Part shown: piece by piece, positions 26,729-36,590 of the stretch
Layout of the letters: each line of letters opens with the position of its first letter
How positions within the stretch are numbered: the stretch's first letter is position 1
Source of the DNA: an uncultured Thermoprotei archaeon
Lineage (GTDB): Archaea > Thermoproteota > Thermoprotei > Thermofilales > B15-G2
Assembly: GCA_965367815.1 (NCBI GenBank)
Contig: CBDUKN010000003.1
Coordinates: 68,794-132,793, forward strand
Direction: 5' to 3'
Length of the DNA stretch: 64,000 nt
Position numbers and translations under genes: made by a program
The notes under the pieces: generated by a model
What the model was told of the DNA's origin: nothing
Seen by the model: the letters and a program-made list of their open reading frames with translations, nothing else
Database searches by the model: none

Positions 26729-27124
26729 CTAACGAGAACTATTTAGTACTTCTAACACTTGCTGAGGACCATCCAGTAAAATCTTCAGCTTATTTAGTAT
26801 TTCGCGGCCAACTAACTTTTTCCTAATATAGGGCGATGAATAAACATACGCGTACAAAATCTTGTTCTCTAATTCTATTTTAGTGAAAGCTCTATACAAC
26901 TTAATAGTATTGCCTGTAGCGAACCGCCCTACTAGAGGATAAGGTTCTTCAGCTAACATTAGCTCTAGTTTTAAGTAAATGTCATAGGGTACTAGAATTC
27001 CTCCGGCAAAGCCTGTATCTACTTTAAAAGTTAATGTAAGGCTTTTATCGTCGTATGGAGAGTAGACTTTGAGTACTAGTACTGGCACTGGAGGATCTTC
27101 GGCAGTACTATAAGGCTCTCTCAC
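26729..27124 (-). CDS. Retropepsin-like clan AA aspartic protease (AF_0612/TIGR03698-like)
   Basis: 131 aa with the catalytic FKVDTGFAGGILVP (D-T-G) and a C-terminal LVGREILNKLKILLDG flap/dimer motif. Its GTG start overlaps the upstream gene's stop (GTGA at 27121-27124). Confidence 0.6.
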   Translation of the reverse strand: MREPYSTAEDPPVPVLVLKVYSPYDDKSLTLTFKVDTGFAGGILVPYDIYLKLELMLAEEPYPLVGRFATGNTIKLYRAFTKIELENKILYAYVYSSPYIRKKLVGREILNKLKILLDGPQQVLEVLNSSR

Positions 27125-27528
27125 TCAACCACCTCAAATAAAGACATACCGAGCTCAATTATCCTAATTTTCTTGGGCTCAACTCTAGTGACTATCGCGT
27201 GCCGAGGCTTTACTTCTTTAATAGCTTTAAGCGCCTCTTCTCTACTATCAAATATTCCTAAAAGTTTTCCGCGGGCTATAGCTACATACTTATTCATGTG
27301 GTTTCTAATCAAATAGTCTTCAAGCTCTCTGTAAACTCTTCTATTAGCTTCAGCTTCCTTTTTGATCTCCAAGTACTCTACAACATCAATATTCTCAGAA
27401 GCCTTGATCCACAGACTTAGAGCCTGATTAAGCGCTTCACCTAAAGTCAAACCCTTTAACGCAACCATAGCCTTAAACTTCCTATAAAGTTCCTCATCCA
27501 CATTCTTGAAGGCAACTACTTTACCCAC
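27121..27528 (-). CDS. Ribbon-helix-helix plus DUF5678-like two-domain protein (antitoxin-like)
   Basis: 135 aa. The N-terminal VVAFKNVDEELYRKFKAMVALKGLTLGEALNQALSLWI has an RHH pattern. The C-terminal NKYVAIARGKLLGIFDSREEALKAIKE...AIVTRV has a DUF5678-like pattern. It is translationally coupled to the retropepsin gene. Confidence 0.5.
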   Translation of the reverse strand: MGKVVAFKNVDEELYRKFKAMVALKGLTLGEALNQALSLWIKASENIDVVEYLEIKKEAEANRRVYRELEDYLIRNHMNKYVAIARGKLLGIFDSREEALKAIKEVKPRHAIVTRVEPKKIRIIELGMSLFEVVE

Positions 27529-27588
27529 AGTAAACTAGAATACTTATAAGGTAATAAGTTTAACCATAGTTTACCTTATTAACAACTT

Positions 27589-27999
27589 TCAATCTGCGAA
27601 CTTAATTTCATGGTAAACATCAAGCCAGTACAGTATAGTCGGAATAACTAATATAACTAAAATAGATGGGTCTAGTGAATTGATATTTATTATCAAATAA
27701 GATAGCAAAAAGACCGTAAAGAATACTGCATGAGGAACATGCCTAGGTATAAGTAGTTTCCCCAGAGTAATATACATTACAGCAATTTTTCTAGGTAAAA
27801 CAGGTTTAGCAAGATATCCTCCAGGTACTTTCTTAGCTAAATTGAGTTCAACGAGACGTTCTAAGTGATAATGAGCAGTGCCGGGGCTTTTAAAACCGAG
27901 AGCTTTCTGAATTTCAGAAATAGACATTGCTCTACCGCGTTTAAGTAAAACTAAATATACTTTGAGAGTAGTTTCACCTAACTTTACTTTCTTGCACAT
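27589..27999 (-). CDS. Membrane-tethered winged-helix DNA-binding protein
   Basis: 136 aa. The N-terminal wHTH is TLKVYLVLLKRGRAMSISEIQKALGFKSPGTAHYHLERLVELNLAKK. Two C-terminal hydrophobic helices follow. Confidence 0.55.
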   Translation of the reverse strand: MCKKVKLGETTLKVYLVLLKRGRAMSISEIQKALGFKSPGTAHYHLERLVELNLAKKVPGGYLAKPVLPRKIAVMYITLGKLLIPRHVPHAVFFTVFLLSYLIININSLDPSILVILVIPTILYWLDVYHEIKFAD

Positions 28000-28092
28000 T
28001 CACTTAGTATATAATAAAGCTACCTTAATTTCGATACTTTCGAATATTTCTTCGAAACTATAGAAATAAGTTAACCTGCAAATCAAGTAATA

Positions 28093-28773
28093 TTGATGGA
28101 AAAAGTGCTAATGGTAGCTTTATTGTTGTTAACTTTAACTCCAGTTTATGCAACACCTGTTAAAGTAAATGTATTTTATAAAGGAAAGCTTGCTGAAGAT
28201 ATTATAGTAGTATGGTTTACTATCAATAATTTAAGTAAACAAAGCTATTCAGTTAATATTTACTTAAAATATATTAAACAAGGACATACTACCATAAATG
28301 CAACAATAGATAAAACTTATATTTTCGCCGTAAAAATATTAAATAATTCACTATCTAATGCAAGCCCAGTAATACTGATAAAGGGCTCCGAAGTAAAACT
28401 AGAAATATTTAGAGAAGTCGAGAGGAAGATATATGGAACAAAATCTTACCGCCTAATATTCTACACCCTAAACATAATTCTCCAAAAAATTACAGAAGAG
28501 TATACTACAAAAAGCGGCGTTATAAAAGTAGGGTTCTCTGTGTCTCATAAAGAAGGTTTTCCAGCAACTATTGAAGAACTAGAGCCTAACAAAGTCTACT
28601 CAGTTACTGTTACTATTGAAATTGCTGAAGAACACGGACTTTACGAAAAATACTACACGCCTACTAGAACTATGTGGCAAATAATAATTCCTTTAACTAT
28701 AGCAATAATAGCTGCAGCTATAGTAGTATTGCTCAAGAAGAAACTATCAAGCAGATTTTTCTCGTATTACTGA
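28093..28773 (+). CDS. Secreted protein with C-terminal membrane anchor (unknown function)
   Basis: 226 aa with a signal-like N-terminus (LMVALLLLTLTPVYA) and a C-terminal TM followed by a basic tail (IIIPLTIAIIAAAIVVLLKKK). Confidence 0.45.
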   Translation: MMEKVLMVALLLLTLTPVYATPVKVNVFYKGKLAEDIIVVWFTINNLSKQSYSVNIYLKYIKQGHTTINATIDKTYIFAVKILNNSLSNASPVILIKGSEVKLEIFREVERKIYGTKSYRLIFYTLNIILQKITEEYTTKSGVIKVGFSVSHKEGFPATIEELEPNKVYSVTVTIEIAEEHGLYEKYYTPTRTMWQIIIPLTIAIIAAAIVVLLKKKLSSRFFSYY

Positions 28774-28877
28774 AACAACAGTACTACATAAGATATTTTG
28801 CTTTTTATATTGCTTAATTACTCCATAATTTATCTCAGCTAATTCATTAATATTAAGTAACTAAGTAGTTAGTTAAA

Positions 28878-29339
28878 TCACCATATCACATGTAGCCCTA
28901 GTTTTAAAGCAACATAAGTTAGGTCTCTATCTCCCGTTAAAATGGGGCATTTTTCGCTGAGAGCTACAGTCAGTACAGTAGAATCCACTAGACTAAGTCT
29001 TCTCTGCATTAAGTTCTCGTCTCCTGACTCTGCAAGAAGCTTATCTCCCATGACCTTAATTTCCGCGGCTTTGATATAGTCTTCAAACTCCAGTTTTCTG
29101 ACAATGAAATAGGTCTTGAGAAATGCTTTAACTTCATCAATATTCTTTAAGGCAGGTATTCTCCCCTTATACCACTGTATAGTATACTCGTATGCAACGG
29201 TCTCTGGGACTATTCCAGTAACTTCGCCTTTGTATATTGAGCACATAATATTCTCTGCTTTTGAAGACAGTTCTCCAAAAACCATTGCCATGAGCGCATA
29301 AGTATCTACAACTACTTTCCTATTCTTTTCTCCTCCCAT
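28878..29339 (-). CDS. vapC: VapC-type PIN-domain toxin
   Basis: 153 aa with VVVDTYALMA (first Asp), LVDSTVL and ILTGDRD PIN acidic motifs. It overlaps the upstream AbrB-type antitoxin gene. Confidence 0.65.
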   Translation of the reverse strand: MGGEKNRKVVVDTYALMAMVFGELSSKAENIMCSIYKGEVTGIVPETVAYEYTIQWYKGRIPALKNIDEVKAFLKTYFIVRKLEFEDYIKAAEIKVMGDKLLAESGDENLMQRRLSLVDSTVLTVALSEKCPILTGDRDLTYVALKLGLHVIW

Positions 29340-29560
29340 ATTTTCTCCTCTTTATCCAATTCTCTCTCTACATCTTCTGCACTACCTTTGCCTTTACAGC
29401 AGCCCCAGACTCTCCACCACAAGTCTAAAGGAGACAAAATAATTTCTCTGTCTTTAACTCGGGCAACGAGCATCATTCCCTCTCTGATACCAGCTTTCTC
29501 TCGAATACTTTTTGGGAGCACGATAATACCTTTCTTATAAACCTTTACAACAGCTGACAC
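29312..29560 (-). CDS. vapB: AbrB/SpoVT-type antitoxin (VapB)
   Basis: 82 aa. VKVYKKGIIVLPKSIREKAGIREGMMLVARVKDREIILSP is the swapped-hairpin AbrB/MazE fold signature. Confidence 0.7.
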   Translation of the reverse strand: MSAVVKVYKKGIIVLPKSIREKAGIREGMMLVARVKDREIILSPLDLWWRVWGCCKGKGSAEDVERELDKEEKIWEEKRIGK

Positions 29561-29656
29561 AAGTTTAACACTTCAGTTAAACTTATAAGTTTAACTTAGA
29601 GCTTAATGCCAGAATGTAAAACTGTGTGCCAGTAACTTTTGATTCAGATAGAGCAG

Positions 29657-30148
29657 TTAAGATTTCGAAGAACTACTGTTTTTGAATATACGAGGAAACG
29701 GTATTAACATAGGTGTTTTCTTCATGTAGTTGATGTATTTTTCGCCCCAGTACTCTATTAGCTCTTTTTCCTTTACTTTAATGAACAGTATCCAAGCTGG
29801 CAAGAATAGTACCCAGACTATGAAGCCCCACAAGCTTGTCATAAATAATGGTATCGACAGTTAAGCAAGAAGAAGTAGAAAGTAAAGTGGATGTCTACAG
29901 AGCGCGTACGGGCATTCACAGAAAAGTTCTCCTATGTCTTCTGGCTTATCGTGTCTACTTGGATACTTTCTATGTATTGCTGCCATAAGAGCGACTGAAG
30001 TAAAAAAGAGTATAGAGGCTATAGTTTGAGCAAAATCTTTCACTAAATTTTGTGCTTTAAGACTATTTACTGTAGTGCAGGAAATAGCTATCAGTAGAAT
30101 AAAGCCTGAGCTTATTACTATTCTACGTAAAGTAGCTGACTTAACCAT
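29657..30148 (-). pseudogene. Isoprenylcysteine carboxyl methyltransferase (ICMT/PEMT)-family membrane protein interrupted by one in-frame TAA
   Basis: ORFs 29861..30148 (...CRHPLYFLLLLA*) and 29657..29842 (MTSLWGF...KEKELIEYWGEKYINYMKKTPMLIPF) are in the same frame. A single TAA at 29861..29863 separates them. Joined, they give the RHP.Y...EE..L...FG..Y..Y family signature. Confidence 0.55.
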
Positions 30149-30566
30149 AAATTATCACCCTAATGACTGCTAGAATAAGAAACACTAGAAGTGATATAGA
30201 GAAAAACCGTTTAGGGTAGTTTACAGTATTTTTCCATGAGCTATAGAGATCTTTGCTTTCTTTTTGAATACTATAGAATCTTGATACATAAAACCATAAC
30301 AGTAAATATGCTTGTGATTTCACAATACTGTAAATCAAGTATACTAAAGGATAATTACTTCTAAAATATAGCACCAATATTTCATAGTCTGTTTTTGCAA
30401 TTAATAGAGTTGAGAGCACTCCTATTGCTGGATGCAAAATTGTAAACGAGCTACTTAAGAAAAGCGAAGTGACACTATTTAGCCACAGCAAGACTATTGA
30501 GTAAAATACACTATGTTGTCCAACAGAAGCAGTACATTTAGTAAAGCCTACATGATAAGTCTTCAT
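30141..30566 (-). CDS. Predicted multi-pass membrane protein (unknown function)
   Basis: 141 aa with about four hydrophobic helices. It overlaps the start of the ICMT-like gene by 8 nt on the same strand. Confidence 0.4.
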   Translation of the reverse strand: MKTYHVGFTKCTASVGQHSVFYSIVLLWLNSVTSLFLSSSFTILHPAIGVLSTLLIAKTDYEILVLYFRSNYPLVYLIYSIVKSQAYLLLWFYVSRFYSIQKESKDLYSSWKNTVNYPKRFFSISLLVFLILAVIRVIIYG

Positions 30567-30872
30567 TAAGCTAGCTGCCGTGAAGATTCATGAAACTCTC
30601 CATCAGGTGGATAAATTGTTACTCTATTTAATACCTCCTTGAACAATTCATCTCAGCAGTGCGCCTATATTCCAATTAATATACCATTATTTACTAAAAC
30701 CATATGGGTAGAATAGAATAAAAGAACTAGAGTAATTGAAGTATTTCTTAAGTCCCGCTAAGAGAGCTTACCTAGAGTAAAGAAGAAAATGCAAACTGAT
30801 GTACAGTAGATTTCGGCAAACATTTTCGTAAAGAGCTTTAAAAGTAGCTACGTTTAATGATATGGTGATTTA

Positions 30873-31643
30873 ATGGTATTTAAGGCATCTGACTACTGGT
30901 TTAAAATGATTTTCGAAATAATGATTAAAGACGGCGATTTAAGATTGCTTGGAGACTACTTTATTATAGGGCTTGGGGGAGGCTTTACTACGCTACACAA
31001 GTACCTAGAGAGTCCAGTTGATGTCACTGGAAGTGGGCGTATAGCGAAAGCTTTTACTGGAACCTATAGGGGAGTCAAGCTGTCTGCCATAGCTATAGCA
31101 GGTGGAGGAATATATGCTGAGTGGATACTAGGTCTTGCATACAAGAAGAAAGCTAAAGCGGTAGTAGGCGTAGGCTGGTGCGGCGGACTAGCAGACTTCA
31201 TTGAAGTAGGAGACATAGTTATTCCAGTAGCGGCAGTTAGAGACGAAGACACTACAAAACACTATGTTTGTGACTCTTATCCAGCTGTAGCAGACTTTAC
31301 TTTAGCAAATACTCTATACGAGACTCTAAAAGAACTTTCCGCGAATACGGGTATAAGGGTTCACGAAGGCTTGCTAATAACTACTTCATCTACTCTCACA
31401 GAGAATCCTGAGTGGGGACATGAGTGGGCTTCGTGGAGAGTTCTTGGAGTAGACTGTGAGACTTCAGTAGTATATACCTTAGCAACTTTAGCTGGAATAC
31501 CTGCAGTAAACGTACTTGTCGTAAGCGACCACGTCGTTAAAAGAAAGGCTGCCGAAGAAACTCAGCTAGAAGAAAAAATGATTAAGGCATATGACTTAGC
31601 TCTAAAGGCCTCCTACGAGACTTTAGCAAAACTATCTGTATAA
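30873..31643 (+). CDS. Nucleoside phosphorylase family 1 (PNP/UDP) protein, uridine/purine nucleoside phosphorylase-like
   Basis: 256 aa with VGWCGGLADFIEVGDIVIPVAAVRDEDTTKHY and LGVDCETSVVYTLATLAGIPAVNVLVVSD, typical of the PNP_UDP_1 family. Confidence 0.7.
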   Translation: MVFKASDYWFKMIFEIMIKDGDLRLLGDYFIIGLGGGFTTLHKYLESPVDVTGSGRIAKAFTGTYRGVKLSAIAIAGGGIYAEWILGLAYKKKAKAVVGVGWCGGLADFIEVGDIVIPVAAVRDEDTTKHYVCDSYPAVADFTLANTLYETLKELSANTGIRVHEGLLITTSSTLTENPEWGHEWASWRVLGVDCETSVVYTLATLAGIPAVNVLVVSDHVVKRKAAEETQLEEKMIKAYDLALKASYETLAKLSV

Positions 31644-32585
31644 ATCCTTAGTGACTCTACTTAAGTCGAATTTCTTTTTCAACAAGTATTCAGCTACTCT
31701 ATCTAGGCTTCTCTTATCTTTTAGTTTCCTTATTTTTCTATGTCTTATTACACGTTTCAGAGCAGGCGACCAGCCTTCTTTAGCAGCTTGACAAAGTCTA
31801 CTTAATTCACATACTCTAGAAGCATTGAATACAAAAAGGTATCCGTGATAGTTTTTAATACAGACTTCAGCATGAAGATACGCTACATCATACCTTCTTG
31901 TACCCAGCTTCCCTAAAAGAGCGTCACGGTAAAGAGTAAGCATAGCTGATTTCTCTCTACTAAGTAAGTAGTTTATCGCAGAAATAACTTCACTTAGTGT
32001 TTTTTGAGAAGGTTTATATGAGCCGAGATAAGCGCCCGATTCATTTAATTCAATTAAATTATCTGCCAAATACTCGGGATCTATGTCCTTTCCCTCCTCC
32101 CTCCAAGCCTAAAGCACCTACCGCTAAGTATGTCTTTACTCCCAGATCTCTAGAAATAGTGCTCAGCGACGCAAGACCTAAAGTATCTGTTTCAAAGCTT
32201 CCTAAAAGAGGCTCATCGCCGAAAATAAGCGAGTCTCCACCAAGATCAACTGATATAAATATCTTAACATTTAGCTCTGAGAGCAGTTTTTCTAACCCAT
32301 CGACTACGTCTTTCCCTTTTTCTTTAAGACAAATAACGTATGTTTTAAAGCCCAGTAAAGCGATATGAGACTCGAAAAACCTCCTGTTGCTCCACGAAAA
32401 AGAAGTTACTTCAACTACTGCCTTCGAGTACTTTTTTGCACGAAGAATAGTATCACTATGGCACTTAGCAAAAGAGATAAACACAGGGTCTATTCCTAGG
32501 CGACGTAAAGGAACAGCGAAGGCTAAAGTTCCTCCAGAGTCTCCTCTCCACCTAAGCCTCCTAAAGCTATCTTATATGATTTCAT
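31632..32585 (-). pseudogene. Conserved archaeal hypothetical gene (DUF1152-like by recollection) with two frameshifts
   Basis: ATG 32585 gives MKSYKIALGGLGGE. A shift follows, then GDSGGTLAFAVPLRRLGIDPVFISFAKCH... (ORF 32059..32484) up to ...GLEGGGK. A second shift near 32065 follows, then DIDPEYLADNLIELNESGAYLG... (ORF 31632..32069). Confidence 0.45.
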
Positions 32586-32595
32586 ATAGTCTAAA

Positions 32596-32832
32596 TTACT
32601 TTAGTATATCTTTCACCTTATCTACAATATCGTCTATTTTGTCTGGAGGAAATACTAAGAATTTCCGAGAAGTCTCGTCAAGTACTCTCAAGTTACCATA
32701 GCTCAGAAAAATTCTAGCTCCTTTATCTCCCTTCTTCACATGGAGGTAGCGAGAATACTCATATACTTCTACTCCAGGAACGCTTTCCTCGATTTTCTTC
32801 TTTAATTTGCTTTTAATAGTCTCCCAATCCAT
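32596..32832 (-). CDS. Small hypothetical protein
   Basis: 78-aa ORF with a balanced, charged composition, immediately upstream of the DUF1152-like pseudogene on the same strand. No motif recognised. Confidence 0.35.
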   Translation of the reverse strand: MDWETIKSKLKKKIEESVPGVEVYEYSRYLHVKKGDKGARIFLSYGNLRVLDETSRKFLVFPPDKIDDIVDKVKDILK

Positions 32833-32967
32833 AATAATATGACGTACTCTAAGTGATATTTCTATCTAACAACAGACTCCGCTAAGCACCTTACTTGATT
32901 TCAGTGAAATACATTGTTTGCACTAGCTAACTTTGCTGCTGAAGCAGAAGTTCGGAATCCTATGGAG

Positions 32968-33915
32968 TTAGTACTTGTACTTTATCGCTATTTCTCTTCT
33001 CTCAATCATTGATTTAAGCGAAGCATCATTTATAACTTGAGCTCTATAGCCGTCTATTTCATTAACAAACGGCTTTTCTCCTTTTTCAATACACTCCAAG
33101 AAGTACTTGTCTTCCTTTTCGTAGGGCCTCCACTGCCTGCACTCTACTTTATTTTCATTGAAGTATATTTCGCCGCCTCTAACTAATATTGTTCCTTCAG
33201 TACCTACTATTCCTAGGTCTCTTGATGAAGCTTTAGCAGTAATACTTGAAATAAGAGTTACTAGCGCACCTTTGCTTGTTTTCATAGCGTAGACCATGTT
33301 ATCCTCGTAGTCGAATTCCTCGATTACGTAGCGTCCGCCCATACAGTAGACGCTAACAGGTTCTCCTACAATCCATCTAATAATATCTACCTCGTGTACA
33401 GTCTGCTCAAATAATCCAGCATTAAGTTTTCTCTTAGTTCTCCAGCCTCCAATCCCCTTAATATAAGGAGGCCTAATATCAAAAAACCAGGCATTAACAA
33501 TGCGGCCTACTTTCTCAGAAAGCTCTTTAACCTTATTGTATACTGGGAAAAATCTTAAAACAAATCCCATCATAAACAATATGCCTGATTTTTTCACATA
33601 GTCAACTATTCTCTCAGCTTCTTCTACTGTAACACACAGCGGTTTTTCGCAGAATATGTGTTTTTCTTCTTCACATGCTCTTTTAATAACTTCTTCATGT
33701 GTAAAAGGAGGAGTACAGACATAAACTGCGTCGACTTTACTTAAAAGTTCATCTAAGCTACTACAGTACTCTAAACTAAGTTCACTTGAAGCATGTTTAG
33801 CTGCATCTAATCGAATATCGTATACAGCTACTTCGGCGCCCAGATTCTTGAGTATTTTAGCGTGAGTCTTGCCAATAGCACCTAAACCGACAACACCTAC
33901 CTTAATATTCATCAA
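32968..33915 (-). CDS. Gfo/Idh/MocA family NAD(P)-dependent oxidoreductase
   Basis: 315 aa with the N-terminal Rossmann motif IKVGVVGLGAIGKTHAKIL and the EKPL motif (FCEKPLCVTVEEAERI). Confidence 0.8.
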   Translation of the reverse strand: MMNIKVGVVGLGAIGKTHAKILKNLGAEVAVYDIRLDAAKHASSELSLEYCSSLDELLSKVDAVYVCTPPFTHEEVIKRACEEEKHIFCEKPLCVTVEEAERIVDYVKKSGILFMMGFVLRFFPVYNKVKELSEKVGRIVNAWFFDIRPPYIKGIGGWRTKRKLNAGLFEQTVHEVDIIRWIVGEPVSVYCMGGRYVIEEFDYEDNMVYAMKTSKGALVTLISSITAKASSRDLGIVGTEGTILVRGGEIYFNENKVECRQWRPYEKEDKYFLECIEKGEKPFVNEIDGYRAQVINDASLKSMIERREIAIKYKY

Positions 33916-34015
33916 GTCTCTCCGTAGACAAAAGTCTTCATTAGAGTATTTAACACTACTCGAAAGCTAAACCGAAGTATAAAATGTTTTATAGGCATTT
34001 AACGTTGAAGAGACT

Positions 34016-34729
34016 ATGAGCGAAGTAAAGTTAGGTGTTCAAAGCTACTCTCTTAGAAAATTTTCGCTAGAAAAAGCTCTCGAATACATAGCTAGCTTAG
34101 AGCTAAAGTATGCTGAAGTTTATCCAGGACACTTGCCTCCCGAACTAAATGAAGTAAGTAAAGCTAAAGAGCTCATAGAAAAGTATGGCGTCAAAATAGC
34201 TGCACACGGCGTAAACCACATGCCTCGAGATGAAGAAAAACTAAAGAAGCTCTTTGAGTTCGCGCATAAAGTAGGCATAGAAGTTCTTACAGCAGACCCT
34301 GATCCAGATGCATTTGATCTGCTAGACAAGCTAGTTGAAGAATACGGTATAGCAGTAGCAATACACAACCACGGACCAGGCCACAGATACGCTACAGTAG
34401 AAGATGTGCTCAAAGCAGTAGAAAATCGCAGTCCACTTATAGGAATGTGCCTCGACACAGGGCATTTAGCTAGAGCAGGGCAAGACCCAGCTGAAGCAGC
34501 GCGCAAACTAGGCAAAAGACTACACGGAATACACTTAAAAGATATTAATAAAGAAAAGAAAGACGTAGTGCTCGGAGAAGGAATAGTAGATTTCAAAAAA
34601 CTCTTCGAAGTAATCAAGGAAAGTGGTGTATATTCAAAAGCAGTAATAGTAATAGAATACGAACTAGAGCCAGAAAACCCACTACCAGGAATACGTAAGT
34701 CGTTAAACCACATACGAGCACTAATCTAA
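34016..34729 (+). CDS. Sugar phosphate isomerase/epimerase (xylose isomerase-like TIM barrel)
   Basis: 237 aa with IAIHNHG, CLDTGHLARAG and HGIHLKD metal-ligand motifs typical of the AP_endonuc_2/xylose-isomerase-like family. It is divergent from the oxidoreductase gene. Confidence 0.75.
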   Translation: MSEVKLGVQSYSLRKFSLEKALEYIASLELKYAEVYPGHLPPELNEVSKAKELIEKYGVKIAAHGVNHMPRDEEKLKKLFEFAHKVGIEVLTADPDPDAFDLLDKLVEEYGIAVAIHNHGPGHRYATVEDVLKAVENRSPLIGMCLDTGHLARAGQDPAEAARKLGKRLHGIHLKDINKEKKDVVLGEGIVDFKKLFEVIKESGVYSKAVIVIEYELEPENPLPGIRKSLNHIRALI

Positions 34730-35083
34730 TAACAATAGAAAGATCTATTAATGTTAAACATAGGATAGCAAAAAGAGTTAGAGAAAATACTTTTAAACTA
34801 TTATCTTGTTTTTCTCAGTTTAAGACTAAGCTGGCTAAAAGTGTCGTTAATTAATGCTAATTTACTGCTAGCAGAAGAACTAGCAGAGACTAAAGTGGAT
34901 ACTTTGCTCTTCGATGCTAATCCAAAGAATTAAGAAAAGACTTATATGATAAAGAGGGAGAGCTCAACAGATCTTTGACAAAACTCTAAACACTACTAAA
35001 ATAATACCGACTCCTTTAAATAATTTAAGAATTATTCTAATTTACGAAAATCTATAAAATATTTTCACATACTGTAAATAGTG

Positions 35084-35518
35084 TTACGAAAATATAGTGC
35101 CTAGAAGGTATTCCTCTGGAGTCAATACTTCAAAAGAACCTTTATTCATAAAATGCTTCTTATTCCATGTAACTAAAGTATTTACGCCCTGTTCTTCTAA
35201 AATCCACGCTACTTGAGCATCGCCAAAACTCATTTTCCTGTAAATGTAGTTTAAAGACTTCATTATGTAGTTGGAAAGAGACGGCCATTCTTTCCAGTAA
35301 AGTATTTCGAAGTCGCGTCTTCTATGAAGTAGTGTAAAAAGTTGACGTGCCTTAGTGGCACCCTGAGCAATAGCCATTAATCCTGTGAGTTCGAGTACAT
35401 TGACAATAGTGGTAGCTTTCACTAAGTCAGACTCAATTAGTTTTGCAGCAGTTTTGTATCTTTTATCCCATTTGAAAATAAAATATACGGCTAAGACATC
35501 TGTATCTAGAGCTATCAT
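35084..35518 (-). CDS. vapC: VapC-type PIN-domain toxin
   Basis: 144 aa starting MIALDTDVLAVYF (first Asp), with FGDAQVA and LVTWNKKHF downstream. There is a 4-nt overlap with the upstream RHH gene. Confidence 0.65.
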   Translation of the reverse strand: MIALDTDVLAVYFIFKWDKRYKTAAKLIESDLVKATTIVNVLELTGLMAIAQGATKARQLFTLLHRRRDFEILYWKEWPSLSNYIMKSLNYIYRKMSFGDAQVAWILEEQGVNTLVTWNKKHFMNKGSFEVLTPEEYLLGTIFS

Positions 35519-35838
35519 AAAGATTCTCCTCTAACTTTTCTTAATACTTTCTCTACTTCATCTGTGCCAAAAAACTTGCGCAGATTTTTTCTTGCTTCAT
35601 CTACATTCACTTCAACAACATCACTCGGACCTAGGTCCTTCTTTAATTTACCTAACAAATATAGCGTTATGACAAATTCTTCTTCAGTAGCAAGTCTAGA
35701 GTACTCTAGCAAAAGCTTTCTTAGTGACTCAGCCACGGCTTCGCTTCTAGACCTAAATATACCTAGTTCAATAAGTCTATCGAGCTCCTTAACAATTTCC
35801 TCAGAAACTCTGACTTGAAGAAGAATAGTTTTCTTCAT
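35515..35838 (-). CDS. vapB: CopG/RHH-type antitoxin
   Basis: 107 aa. LQVRVSEEIVKELDRLIELGIFRSRSEAVAESLRKLL is a ribbon-helix-helix signature. Confidence 0.65.
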   Translation of the reverse strand: MKKTILLQVRVSEEIVKELDRLIELGIFRSRSEAVAESLRKLLLEYSRLATEEEFVITLYLLGKLKKDLGPSDVVEVNVDEARKNLRKFFGTDEVEKVLRKVRGESL

Positions 35839-35908
35839 ACATGTATGATAAAATCATACGTGTATTTATTTCTTAATATTCATGCATCCTACAATATTTA
35901 CAGTGTTC

Positions 35909-36290
35909 TTATCCGGATCTTTTAGCTCTAGTAAACTCACCTACTCCAATAGCGTCTACATCCATTTCATTTCCTTTATACACTATTTCCCCAGTCCATT
36001 TGATAAACGCTCCTATTCACACGCATATAACTTTGTTATCCCACCATGTGCCTCTTGATGTAATTACCCAGTGTTTAGAAGGCCGGTAAGCAAATACTTT
36101 TTCAGTTAAATTGAAAATTTCCTTGAAATTCTCCGCTAAGAGTAAATTCTCTACACATATACCCAAATAAAATTCCAGCTAGTATTGTCAGGAAAATAAT
36201 GTTCCCAGAGACTATTACAGAAAAGTGGTAACTCAATAGGAAACAATCTAGCTAGCTTCTCCGCAACTGCGGCACTCAAACAATATTCAA
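35909..36290 (-). pseudogene. Degraded gene remnant (unknown family)
   Basis: No ORF of 60 aa or more is present. Manual minus-strand translation gives coding-like pieces in different frames, separated by stops: ...LAGILFGYMCREFTLSGEFQGNFQFN* / EKVFAYRPSKH / WVITSRGTWWDNKVICV*IGAFIKWTGEIVYKGNEMDVDAIGVGEFTRAKRSG*. Confidence 0.25.
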
Positions 36291-36362
36291 GTAAATTATA
36301 CACAATACTTTATTATCTTTCAGTAGACAGAAAATTAAAATTTCTATATATAGACTGTATAT

Positions 36363-36590
36363 ATGATGGTTAAAACCATTATGATTAGAGACGAAGTATA
36401 CAAACTACTCGTTGAGCTAAAAAACACTAACGAAAGTTTCAGCGACATAATTCTAAGACTAATAAAAGAGTCTGCTGAAGCAAGAAAGAGAAGAATAGAA
36501 AAATATTTTGGTTCCTTAAAAGAAGACGAAGCAAAAATACTTGAAGAAATAACAGAAAAAAGCAGAAAAGAATTCAAAACTAGAATATGA
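36363..36590 (+). CDS. VapB-like antitoxin, now effectively orphan
   Basis: 75 aa. TIMIRDEVYKLLVELKNTNESFSDIILRLI resembles small archaeal VapB antitoxins. There is an ATGA overlap with a truncated PIN remnant. Confidence 0.5.
   Translation: MMVKTIMIRDEVYKLLVELKNTNESFSDIILRLIKESAEARKRRIEKYFGSLKEDEAKILEEITEKSRKEFKTRI

Noticed and set aside
34120-34713. 197-aa minus-strand ORF.
   Set aside because: It is antisense to the TIM-barrel isomerase gene, which has clear metal-ligand motifs. The translation is Ser-rich and low-complexity, so it is a shadow ORF.
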